NCBI RefSeq assembly: GCF_009914755.1
Contig: NC_060925.1
DNA: 64,000 bases
Strand: one strand, 5' to 3'
DNA from: the human T2T-CHM13v2.0 reference genome, Homo sapiens
Shown: positions 12,571 to 23,764 of the stretch, one piece after another
Layout of the letters: every line of letters starts with the position of its first letter
How positions within the stretch are numbered: position 1 is the stretch's first letter
Made by a program: the position numbers and the translations under genes
The notes under the pieces: generated by a model
The model's database searches: none
What the model was told of the DNA's origin: nothing
Seen by the model: the letters and a program-made list of their open reading frames with translations, nothing else

Positions 12571-12584
12571 CCTCCAGGTGGCAC
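12571..12584 (+). promoter_or_regulatory. Candidate CTCF site between the SVA and the LGR6 promoter
   Basis: CCTCCAGGTGGCAC (13/14 consensus), with CTGCAG 13 nt upstream. Confidence 0.6.
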
Positions 12585-13239
12585 CAATCCGCTTACTTTG
12601 AGGTGGGCTCTGACAACCAGCTGAGCTGCCCACAGTCCCTCAGACTCCCGAGGTCCTGGGAGCAGGGATCAAGGTGGTCCCCAGGCCGTAAACCTGACAG
12701 AGGCTGCAGGAGTGCATTTCCACCCAGGGTGCACTCAGCGGGTGTAACTCCACACCCGTTTCTTTGGAGTCAAGGCCCGGCCTCTCAGTGAGGAGACTGC
12801 TCCTGGTTGCCCACCGTCGGGTCATCCCAGCCTGCAGTGGAACCCTCCGCAGCCTGGCCTCTTCCAGGGTAGCCCCTCACTCCCCTCTCTCCTGTCCTAG
12901 CAGACAGGCCAGGGAGGGTGGACGAGTTCCAGCTCTGGGGATGTCCCATCAGCTGTGTCACCTTGAACAAATCATTTTGCCTCTTGGGTCTCAGTTTCCT
13001 GCAGTGTGAAACGTGGTGGAGGCATGAGGGGCAATGGGAGCCCCAAGGCCTCTTTCAGAGACCTCCTCTGGGTCCCATGTGACCTCGTGGCTGTCCCCAA
13101 AGGCAAGAGGGTCCCCAGCCCTGCGGCCAAGGCCCTGGGACACCCTATCCAAACAAATGCAGGTCTCTGACGGGCTGAGCTTTGCTCGCTTGGGTTTCTT
13201 TGCTTTCTTCCTTTTTTTTTTTTCTTTCCTGGATGAAAT

Positions 13240-13930
13240 TCCTGCCAGCTCCGAAGGAAGGAGGGAAGAGGAGCGAGCCGCAGTGTAGAAAGTTTCCTTG
13301 ACTCCTCCTCCGGCTGGGTCTCCCTCCCTTGCCAAGCCCAGCCTGTGAAACTGAATAACGAAGATCACTCAACAATGCCTGCCCCTCTCTGACTGCACCG
13401 TCCCGGCGCTCCCACCGCCGCCGCCGCCGCCCAATAGAGCCCCTGGGGCGGTCCCCACCGACGGTGCAGCCCGCCGGGACCGGGAGGAAGCAGCTGCGGC
13501 CACCGCGCCGTGCGTCCGCGCCCGGCCGCCAGGTGCCCCAGTAGCCCGACCGCCGAGATGCCCAGCCCGCCGGGGCTCCGGGCGCTATGGCTTTGCGCCG
13601 CGCTGTGCGCTTCCCGGAGGGCCGGCGGCGCCCCCCAGCCCGGCCCGGGGCCCACCGCCTGCCCGGCCCCCTGCCACTGCCAGGAGGACGGCATCATGCT
13701 GTCTGCCGACTGCTCTGAGCTCGGGCTGTCCGCCGTTCCGGGGGACCTGGACCCCCTGACGGCTTACCTGTGAGTACTGCCCGCCTGTCCCCGCCTGGTC
13801 CTGGGGGCTGCTGGCTAGCGCCCAGTCCCGGCCTCAGCAGGGCACCTGCTTGCTTGGTGCCCTGGGGCATGGGCATCCCGGAGAGGGTTTGCCCCCTTCC
13901 AAGTTGACCGTTGCGGGACTGGGGAGGGGA
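13240..13930 (+). promoter_or_regulatory. LGR6 main CpG-island promoter
   Basis: Dense CpG, (GCC)n 13415-13430, CCAAT 13431, GC box GGGGCGG 13445, surrounding exon 1. Confidence 0.88.
13558..13769 (+). CDS. LGR6: LGR6 exon 1a coding part: signal peptide and LRRNT cap
   Basis: gccgagATG; [71 protein letters not shown]; phase-2 donor CT|gtgagt. Confidence 0.98.
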
Positions 13931-16099
13931 GAAGAGTCTGAGACTAAATACCAGGAGAGCAGGGAGACCGGGCTTCCCTGACTTGGCTTCCCCATTGGCC
14001 TCCGTGCTTGTGGGCTGACTATGGGAGCCCAGGCTTGGCGAGGTGGGTTCTGGACCCTGAACGGGAGGGCGCGGGGCTGGCTGCTCCATCTCCTGTTGCT
14101 GCATTCTCTTCTAGCAGAGCAGTGCCCGGGATGGTGGCTGAGGGTAAAGCTGACAGAACTGGAGGTGGAGGTGAGGGGAGCGTGCCCCAGTAGGGTGGAA
14201 ATAATGTCTGTTCTTCTGCCATGGTGAGGACAACAGGGCTGTCACACTGAGGCTGGGTGGCCTTCGTGGGGCGGGGGGGGGGGCGGGTTTCCTAGAAGCT
14301 GGGAGGGGGGCCTTATCCACTCTTGTCTCCTCAGAAAGGGACTCTGCCAGCACCATCTCCCTTCACTGGGGCCTCCTGGCTCCCCCAGGGGCCTCCCTAA
14401 AGTCATGTCCCAAGAGGCTGTGTTGGAGACACTAATTTGTGGGCAGGCGCCGAGGCTGAAAACCAGAGAACCATTTTTAGCGTCTGAGTTGGGGTGAGAT
14501 GGCGTGTGAAGGGGACCCTACTGGGGGCAGCTGTCCTGTCTGTCTGGCTCATGGGAGCTTCCCCTCAGAGCTGGAGGGCTGGGGGCTCTGGCTGCTCACC
14601 ACCTGGGCAGGAGGAGGGTGAGAGAGCACATTCCAGGCCACCCACCTGCACCCCCAGCCCCGCTCTGGGGCAAGGAAACCTCCTCCAGCCCAGCTCTGCA
14701 GGCTCTATCAACTTCCTCAGAGGAGCTGGGAGCAGGTGGGAAAGCCTGGGGCCTTCTGCTGAGGGCTAGGATCCCAGAGTTCCTTCTGGCCTGAGAGAGG
14801 CTCCTTATGGCTTTGGGGTTCCAGCACATGGGAGCTTAGAGGAAGAGGAGGCTGGGTGAATCTTTATAGGGGCCTAGCAAGAATTTGTGGAACTAAAGAT
14901 GCTCAGTGTTGGGAGTGTCCTGGTGGGAGGTAGAGGGTCCCAGAGGGCAACTCTTCATGGGGCTCCTCTCCAAATGTCCCTGTCCCCAGGTTGGGATGTC
15001 CCCCTCCACTCCAAAAGGCACAGGCTGTGGGCCAGGTAAGGGAGTGGGAAGAGAAAAATAATGTCCATCTAGAAGGACAAATGGAATCCTTCACAGTGCA
15101 GTAGGTGACGGCAGAGGCAATCATGGGAATAAAGGTACCAACTGCACAGAGCCTGGGCGCTCAGCATCTGGCAAAGCAGGGCAGGCTCCGGCCCCACCCT
15201 ACACACAGGCCAGCCCCTCTTTCAGCAGTTTTCTATCCTGGGAGTATGTGACATTGGTTCATTTGAAGACAGGGTTCTGTGGCTAAAGAGTTTAGATGTG
15301 ACTTCTGTGGAGCCTTTCTCTGGGTGAGCTGAAGGAAGGTCCCTTGCCTGGGTTGAAGGGGCAGGGGAGATAAGGCCTTCCAGAGCTTCCTTTCCCAGCA
15401 TTAAGTCTTCCTAGACTGGTTAATGACCCTTTTTCTAGAAGGACTTGGGGAAGGAGGTACACTGTCACCTTTGGAATTCAAGCATCCTACCATCCATGCT
15501 GGCAGAAGTTTTTCCCACTAGCTTGCCACAATTCCCTCGGAGCTGTGAAGTCTGCATTTGGGTTCAGTGGAGGTGGGGTTTTCTGAGCTGGTCTGTGTCT
15601 TCCTGGGGATTGAGAAAGCCCCTCTCTCTCAAGACTCAGGGGATGCTTCTGAGAGTTGTGGAGAGAAGAGAGGGAGTGGGAGCTATAAAGAGTATGATGG
15701 GTCCTGAGGCAATATGGGGAATTTAGCAGTGGGGTCTGGAATATTGGAAGGAGGTGGCAGAGGACCGTGTCCCCTGCCCTGGGCTGGGGAGGGGTCCCAT
15801 CTGGATGGTGCATGAAGGATTCCTACAGTTGTCCTGAGGGTGTCTCAGAGGAGGAATTTTCTTTCTTTGCCCTCTCTGGAGAACAGCTTTACCAGAAAGG
15901 CACCTGAAGGTGGGGTTGAGAGCTGGCATGCAGAAGAGCCAGGGTGGGGAAGTCTTGGGGCTCCTTTCTCTTTTCAGCGATGTTAGGAGATGTCCAGCTT
16001 GGCCCTGCCCCATGTATCCCAGCCCTTGCTGAGGAGAGCACAGATTCGCATCTGATGATATAACCAGCAGTGCCTCTCTCTGAGCCACTCAAACCTTGG

Positions 16100-19000
16100 T
16101 TCCTTCCTAGCTCTGCCACCTACTGAGAATCACTCACTGAACACCTCTAAGCCTCAGGTTCTTCATGTGTACATGGAGATGAGGAAGCAGGTTGCTGAGT
16201 GGATTAAATGAGATAATATGTTCAATGAAAGTCCCCAGAGTGCCTGACACCCAAGGGTAACTCTGAAATGGTGGCTAGTATTATCATGCCTCCTATGGGT
16301 GCTCCATGGAGGTGGAGGTAAACTACCAGGCCTCTCCACACCAGAAGAAAATTGAGCCTAGTGGGTGAGTGTAGAATTCAAGGGAATGGTTTGTGGCTGG
16401 AGGAAGAGAGCTGTGTGCTGGGGAGGTGACTGTCAGGGCAACTCTTGATCAATACTTGGCTGGTTCTGGGGACTTGGAGCCCAACCAGTTGGTGAAAATT
16501 GGGGGTTGGGGATCGGGAGGGAGAGTGGGGACTTAGGTCCTCCTGACACAGAGTTAAAATGAAAAATGTTAAAACACTTGGACATGCAGGAAGTAGCAGG
16601 CCAGAGAAGACTCGAAGATCCTTAGAAGAAGCCATAGACAGAACTATAGGAGGCGCCCAGGAGCTATGGGCTCCAGAAGGTACCCGCAAGTCCTCTTGCA
16701 CATTCCTTGACCTGGTCTCAATAAAAATGACATCACATCTCTTCCCCCACTCCACGGCTGTGAGATTTTCTCCTTCTAGCCAATACCTTTCATGAGGTAG
16801 GTGCTTCCACCTCTCCATCTTGGTTCTAGGGAAGACCAGAAAGGCGTCTTTATAGCCAACTGGTATTCTTTGCCTTGACACACATGTCCAAAAACTATTA
16901 CCACTTTTGGGCTCAATGCCAGCCCTGTTTGATCAAGGTTGGGAAGACGGACTTCAGATACTCACAATCCTCCATATGTCTCTCTTTTTTGCAACAGTTT
17001 CCTCTTAAACTATAGTCTCAGCGAGGCTCATTGACACTCACCGGGGTTTTGACATTCTCCCTGGTTAGGGCCTGTTCTGGAAATAGACCAAGAGGGAGAT
17101 GGAGCCCCTGGCTCTGGGACATCCAATCTGATGGTGACGAGAAGGCATGATGCCTCTTGTTCTATTCTTTTTTCTTTCTTCTTAAAAAAAAAAAAAGAAG
17201 ACCAGTAATGTGCTGACTTCATAACAAGGTTTGAGGGAGGCACTTCTCACATGTGAGCACGAAAACCCAATTGTCACACTTCTTAACTACAAAAGTATCA
17301 CCTCTTGTTCTATTCCATTGCATGTGCACATGATGCAGAGACAGGAATACACAGACAGCACATAACTTGTTGGGCAGACAATCCCCGGAGTTGTTGCTGA
17401 GCAGAAAGATCTGGGTAGTTACTCTGGGCCCGCAAGGCTGAGCAGTGTCAGTAAACAGATGGTGCCAGAAAAGGTGTCTCACGCAGCTAGTTGTAAAAGA
17501 CCTCAGGCTCATGCACTTGCAGTCACACCTAAGCACCCATTTTCATCGCCCACTGCCACCAGGGCTGAGGGAGGGGCCGCTACACCAAGCAACCCCCATT
17601 CAGACTGCTGATTGTTTTCTTACGAATTCACTCCCTTTAAGATTGCCTGTGATAACTGATAACCACTGGACTTGTTTGACAGGTTAGATGGTGTGTGCAT
17701 ATGTGTCTGTGTGTGTCTGTGTGTGTGTGTAGATACAGGGTAATTTGCAGGGGATGTCTACAGCCAAAATGATGGAGGCAGGATGCTGGAGGCAGAGAGT
17801 AAGAGGTTGTGGCATTTGACACAACAAAGCAGAGTTCAAGCTATCACTTACTAACTATGTAACCCCCAGCCAGTTGATTAGCCCTTCTGTGACTTAGTTT
17901 CCTCACCTGTAAACAGGGTTAAGATCTACCTCATAGGGTTGTTGTGTGGATTCACTTAGATGATGTTTGCAAAGGGTTTGGCATAATGTCTGGTCCATGG
18001 GAAGAGCTCGATAAATGTTAGCCAGTGTTGTTATTAGGGTGACCAGGGCCAAGAAATGTCAGTCATGGAAGTCTTCCTGGAGGAGGAAGTCCTGGAGCTA
18101 GCATGGGAGGGAGGGAAGCAGTCCTGTTCTATGAAAGGCATAGGATAGGTGTGTGTGTAGTTGGGGGCTGTGAGAGCTGCAAGAAGCTGCCAAGAAGATG
18201 GAGTGAGTTCTACTGGGAACCAGAGTAATTTTAGGTTTTTTTTGTTTTTTTTGTTTTTTTTAAGAGTACAGTCTGAAAATCCAGGGAGGGGAGGGGAGCA
18301 CCTGATGGAAGACGCCAGCATGCTCCCTTACATGGTCTAGACGGGCCCCTGCAGGGGCTACAGATGAGGAAGCAGAGAAACAGGCAGCCTTAACAGGGGA
18401 GAGCCAGCCTTGGAGAGGATGTGTTGTGAGTTGGGGGTGGGGGTGCCAACGTGCCAGGTCTCATTTCTCACTTCCAAGGCCACCCTTCCTTGGCCCAGTC
18501 TTAGTTGCCCTTTCTAATAGATTCTAAAAGTTTGACTCCTCCTTCCGGAAACTTGGGGTTTGTGAGTTCTAATCTTCAGTCTCTCAGTTGCTATGAGACC
18601 CTGTGCAAGTCCCAAAACTTCTCTGGACCTCAATGTCCAGAGAAGCCATGTTTTGGATGAAAAACTAGAAAGTGGGAGAGGCAGGGAGCAATCCACTTTG
18701 AATCTCCTGCTCCTGGTGTGGGACAGAGAAAGCTCCCCGGGAGAGCTGCTCAGCTGCAGGCAGTGAGGGAAGGGAAGGAGGGAAGGGGAGGACCCAGGCA
18801 GCACCCAGACCAGGGTGGGGAAGAGAAGGGTGAAGGAGGGGTACAGTGACTCCAGGAAGTGGGGTCCCCTGGGGCTCTCCTGTGCCAGCCTTGCTCCAAA
18901 GTGGAGCCTAGTAGGGTGGGCCCATCAGAAGGCAGACCCGGGGGGTCGCCGGAGGTGGGTGAATGTGTGGGGGAGCCAACACCCCAGTTCAAAGGAAAGG

Positions 19001-22000
19001 CAGGAAACAGCCCTAGGCAAAAGAAAAAGGAAACCTCTCGGCTCTGGCAGCAGCGGGCATGGGGCGCGGCCGGGTGGGGCGGCTGGCGGAGGAGAAGAAA
19101 GCCTGGCTCAGAGCAGAGTTGGCCCCCAGCCCACCCCCACTCCACCCCGCCTTCCCCCCATTCCATGGGCTCTCAACCCTGATGGCCCCACATGCGCTGC
19201 AGCCTGCTTCCTGCACTGACCCACGCCCCCCGGGGGAGAGACACACAGGGCACAGAAGGTATCCCAATGGGGAGGCCCTGCTGGGCGCAGGCTTGAGTCT
19301 CAGCTCCACTGTTGATGAGCTGTGTCTTTGGGCAAATCACTTAACCTCCCCAAAGCTCCAGTCTCTCAGTCTTTAAAATGGAAACACTAATAGTATCTAC
19401 CTCAAAGGGTTGTGAGGAGAAGCAAATGAGACAAAGAAAGCAAAGGGTTTTTTATGCTATAAGGGCTTACAAAATGTTTACTATTAATATTGTTTTTCTT
19501 ATTGCCTTCAGCTACAAATAAACTACTGTGAAAAGGGCCCAGCAGAGCTACTGGTGACAGGACGGGGAGTTAGGATGGCAGAGTCTCATCTTCTGGAGCT
19601 CCATCAGATCACCCTTCCTTCCCTCCCACCCTCCTCCTTTACTAACAAAGCCCGTCCCACTGACTTTCAGGGAAACAGGCCTTTCAAGCAGCCAGTTCTG
19701 CTCTTGGGCTCCTGGGCCGGGATGGTGGAGGAAGTGATCCTTCTCCCAGGGGATGCCCAGAGGAGCTGGGGCTAAGCCTGCCGCCTGGTGGGAGACTCTC
19801 CAAAGAGGAAGAATCTGGGCTTCTAGGTTAGCACTGTCTGGAGAGTACAGCTTCTCCCCAGAAATCAGAGTTCCTTGAAATTAGAGTTTCTCTGCTATAG
19901 CCCAAGGAAAAGCAGGGGTGAATGGGTCATTTGGGATTGGGAGTGTTGTTGTGGGGGTTGGGGGCAGACATGCCCTGAGGGGCCGTGAGGATCCTCCTCT
20001 GAGCTCATTCTTAATGGGCTATGTGACCTTAGGCTAGTGAGTCACTATTGGGAGCAGGGCCAAGATCAAGGAGCCTGCTGGGGCTTCAGACACCTTGGGA
20101 AGGTGCAGGAGATGGAGTGGCGGAGAAAATGCCAATCTCCCTTCCCCATGTTGGAAATGGCAACTTCTTTTAGCCAAACCGAAATGAACTCACTGACCTG
20201 GGGGCTTCTGAGAATCGTGGGGTCCCCTTTGTACTAACTAGTCCATTGGCAAAAATGGAGTGATCTCCAGTCCCTAATGACAATTCAGGTCTCTCCTCCC
20301 GCCCTTCAGACATGGGAGAACAGGTCCCAGGAGGAGAAAAACACCCGAGAGGCCAAACTTGGGCAGTGAGCAGAGAGTTATTTTGGAATCAGCAAAAGGA
20401 CATGGTGGGGGGAGAGCTCAGGGGTTGGCACTGTGCCCCCCGGAGCCATGCCAGAGCAGGCCATGGGCAGGCCGGCGGCTGGCGGGTTGGAGGGGAGCTG
20501 GGCCCGGCTACTTAAGGCACCTCCAGAACTGAAGTTTCCTTTGTGTCCCATCCCCAGCCCCCGCTTCTCTGCTACAATCTTTTGTCTCCTCCAGAAACCA
20601 TCAGGGGATGCCTATGCTCTGTGTCTTCAATTCTCCCCATCCCTGGGAGATCAGGGCCCTCTCTGATTAACTGTGAGATGTGAATTTGAGGCTGGGACCA
20701 GGGAAGCATCTTGCGCCCAGCTCTCTGCCTCTCCTGTCTGCTCCAGCACGGTGAGGATACCTTCCTGGTTGATATTTTCATTCCCTGAACTGTGATCTTC
20801 TTCCAGAAAGACACTAGCTCATCAGGAACGTTCATTCTTGGGACCCAGTCTTGATGGCCCCCCATAGGTTCAGAGAGACATACATAGGAATCCACCATCA
20901 CCCTGATGTCTCTTCCTTTACCAATAATAGTAATAACCAGCGTTTATTGAATGATTGGCATGTGGCAGGAAGTGCGCTCAAGCACTTTATCTGCATCATC
21001 TCACATAAACCCCATGAGAGAGGTGCTAGTGTTATCCCCACTTACCAATGAGGAAACCAAGGCTTTTCAGTGCTAAGGAGCTTGCCTAAGACAACCTGCC
21101 ACTAGTTGCTGGTGGCGGGATTTCAGCCCAGGCAGCCTCCCTCCTACCCACTTTATCTACTGCCTCTCAGAGGCCCACAGCTGAGGGGTTTCCAAACTCC
21201 AAGGGAATGAGCAGGACTCTGGCTGCGTCAAAATCTCAGGCCAAGCACCCTCTCAAAGCCTAGTTACAGTTCCTGTCTTTCTGGGGGAAGGATCAGTGGT
21301 TTGCCCCATTTCCCTCCCATCCACCAGCAGTGGTTTCTGGGAGCCCATCTATGGGGGCTACTTGGAGGGGAAGGTATTGGGGCTCAGCACAGAAATTGCG
21401 GACTCTGGGGAGGGTAAGACGGAATCCTTGAGTGTGGAGATTATCATCAGCGTTGATGTTGAGGACCTACTGTCTGCTGGGTCCTCTGGGAGGCAGTCAG
21501 GGTGATGACTGTCAGTGAGAGACCAGCCAGGTGCACGTGAGAAGTGAACTCACTGTATCAGATAATCCTGGGAGCATCCAGGGAGGACCAGAGGTGAGGT
21601 CCACAGGCATTCAAGGGAGAAAGAGGACCGAGGTGGTCAGGGAAGGCCCAGGGGAGAGAGAAGAGGCTTGAGTCCTGAAGACCAGAAGGACTTAACTCAG
21701 GGCCAGGAGAAGGGGAAGCCATGAGCCCAGGTTAGAATGAGGAACCACATTGGGGCTTTTGTACTTCATCTCCACAACCTGTTCTGTCCCACTCCCTGGG
21801 GCAGCATGTTCTAGAGCAGGGTTTTCTGCCCTTTTTCCCTCAGGGCACACATTTTAAAAACACAGACACACACATACACAAACACACAAACGCAATCCAA
21901 GGTATTCAGTGTCCTGGGTTAAACCAACAAGGCCTCTCAGGCGAAAGGCACCCAGTCAACCCTGGGCAGCATCCAGCCATCCCAAGGGATAGGAGACCCC

Positions 22001-22230
22001 ATCTGGGCACACACCTGGAAGCGCTGCTATAGAAGAAAGAGTGCATGTTTGCAGCCAAGCAGACATGGGTTCGAGGCTAAGTTCCAGCTCTAACCAGCTA
22101 TGGCTATATGTTTCTTCACCTCTCTCAGCTTCTGTTTTCTTGCTTTCAAAATGGGCATACGGAAAGATGTTTATAATTAGACACAGTGCTTGGCACATAG
22201 CAAATGCCCAATCTATGGGAGCTATGGTTA
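16100..22230. mobile_element. Dispersed MIR fragments (~16100-16290, 17830-18030, 19290-19490, 20925-21170, 22070-22230); more at ~31780, 37800, 48100, 51770, 56920, 57800, 58690, 61960, 63860
   Basis: MIR core motifs such as cctcagtttcctcatctgtaaaatgg and aatgaggaaactgaggc. Boundaries approximate. Confidence 0.65.
17200..17298 (-). pseudogene. U13 snoRNA (SNORD13) retrocopy
   Basis: Reverse complement ATACTTTTGTAGTTAAGAAGTGTGACAATTGGG...AACCTTGTTATGAAGTCAGCACATTAC aligns with recalled U13. TSD CCTCTTGTTCTATTC at 17153-17167 and 17301-17315. Boxes C and D degenerate. Confidence 0.88.
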
Positions 22231-23384
22231 TTATCTATCTAGTCTCCCCTTGAGAGGAGGCACTTGGGAGGAGCGGTGGAGGCAGGCCTGCAGTGGCCCT
22301 TCATTTCACCTATTTGACTCTGCCTGCCTAGAGCTTGCCGAGAATGAGACCCAGAGGGTCGGTCCTAGGACACAATTCCTCTCACCCTCTGCTTCTGCCA
22401 CCATCCTTTCCCCTTTGCCCTTGGAGGTGCTGGAGGAGGTGGGAGTGTCCCCGAGAGTGTCCAGACTGCATAAGGTGGCAGAAAGGTGCTGAGTGTCTTC
22501 CATTGCACCAGTGTCAGGGACTTGGATGTGGTCCCCAGGCCCAAAGCCAAGGCAGATGGACTCATGGAGGGGGAGGAGCAGAGGAGCAGTGCGGAGTCAC
22601 TCTCTCCATGTAGCACCCCCAGCTCAGTGCATTGCTGGGGTTCTTGCAGGGCAGATGAAGTGCTTCTTTGTATAGGGGAATATGTGGGTGAACCAGGAAA
22701 ATGGGAGCCTAGTACATGGAGGTTTATTCCAACTCCCTGTGTGATTGGCAAGTTAGAATTGCCCCCCTACCTGAGTTATTATTGGCTCCTGAGAAACAGG
22801 CCAAAGGCAGCCCCCACTAAGAAGCTTTTAGCACCTCCTATAGGAAGGAAGCCTTCCCAGTGAATCCAGTGTGAGGATTCTTTTCTCCAGGTCTCTGGAC
22901 CTCTCCCAACATGCTCCATGTTCCTTTGCACGAAGAAGAACAGCGCAGTTCGGTAGAGTGTATGTAAGCCCCGGTTGCCATCAGCACACTGTGTGGATTC
23001 TGGCAATACCTGTCATCCCCACTGGTGCTGCGGTGCCCCTCATGCCCCTTGTTAATAACCAATGATAGTGCCACTTGAACTCCCAGGCTGTTGTGAGGAG
23101 CAAGCATTCATTCATTCATTCATTCAATCACTCATTTGTTCATGTGACAAATGTGGATTGAATGCTTGCCCTCTTTCCTCTCCCCTGGAGCCTTGGAGAG
23201 AGAGATAAGACAAGCGCAAATAACTGTGACCTGTTGTAGGAAGTGAGAAATACACCCAGGCAGGGCCAGATACTGCGTAGCAGGCGGGGCACAGAGGAGG
23301 GAACGCTTGTGTCTAACTGATGCTCCTAATGCGGAAGCCCCTGAAAGGCGGTTGTGGTGCAAAGGAAAACCCACAGGCCAAGGA

Positions 23385-23440
23385 ATGGGAAGACCAAGGT
23401 TGACACTTGTTTGTCAAGTGTCAATAATCATCTCTGCCCG
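23385..23440 (+). CDS. LGR6: LGR6 alternative first exon 1b, coding part
   Basis: ggaATGG (good Kozak); MGRPRLTLVCQVSIIISAR; phase-2 donor CG|gtgagt in frame with exon 2. Matches a recalled LGR6 isoform N-terminus. Confidence 0.85.
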
Positions 23441-23764
23441 GTGAGTTGTTGCATGAAGCAAGATCCTCCTTGGGGGGTGTTTAGCACAGAGGGGGTGCGA
23501 TTTTATTTCCTGTGAAAATACCAGGTAGTATTATGTTCACTATGTCTTTGTAGGGTGTGTGTGTCCCCATCTGTCTGTATGTTTGTCTGATTGTGATGCT
23601 CTACTTCATCAGATTCAGGGTTCCTTGTGGACAGGAGCTGTGTTTCTTTGCATCAGGAGAGGGGAACTCTTTTAGGGCAGGGGCCATGCCTCCTCCTTCA
23701 GTCTGGGAGCTTCCTGAAGGCAGGATCTGTGCTCGTGGTTCCTTTTCTTGGGATCACATCACAG

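Noticed and set aside
13510-13557. ORF-track start upstream of the LGR6 ATG
   Set aside because: It is a GTG start; the ATG at 13558 begins the recognisable signal peptide.
16113-16126. Reverse CTCF-like motif (TCAGTAGGTGGCAG)
   Set aside because: Lies in a MIR segment where this word arises commonly, and it mismatches the first conserved C.
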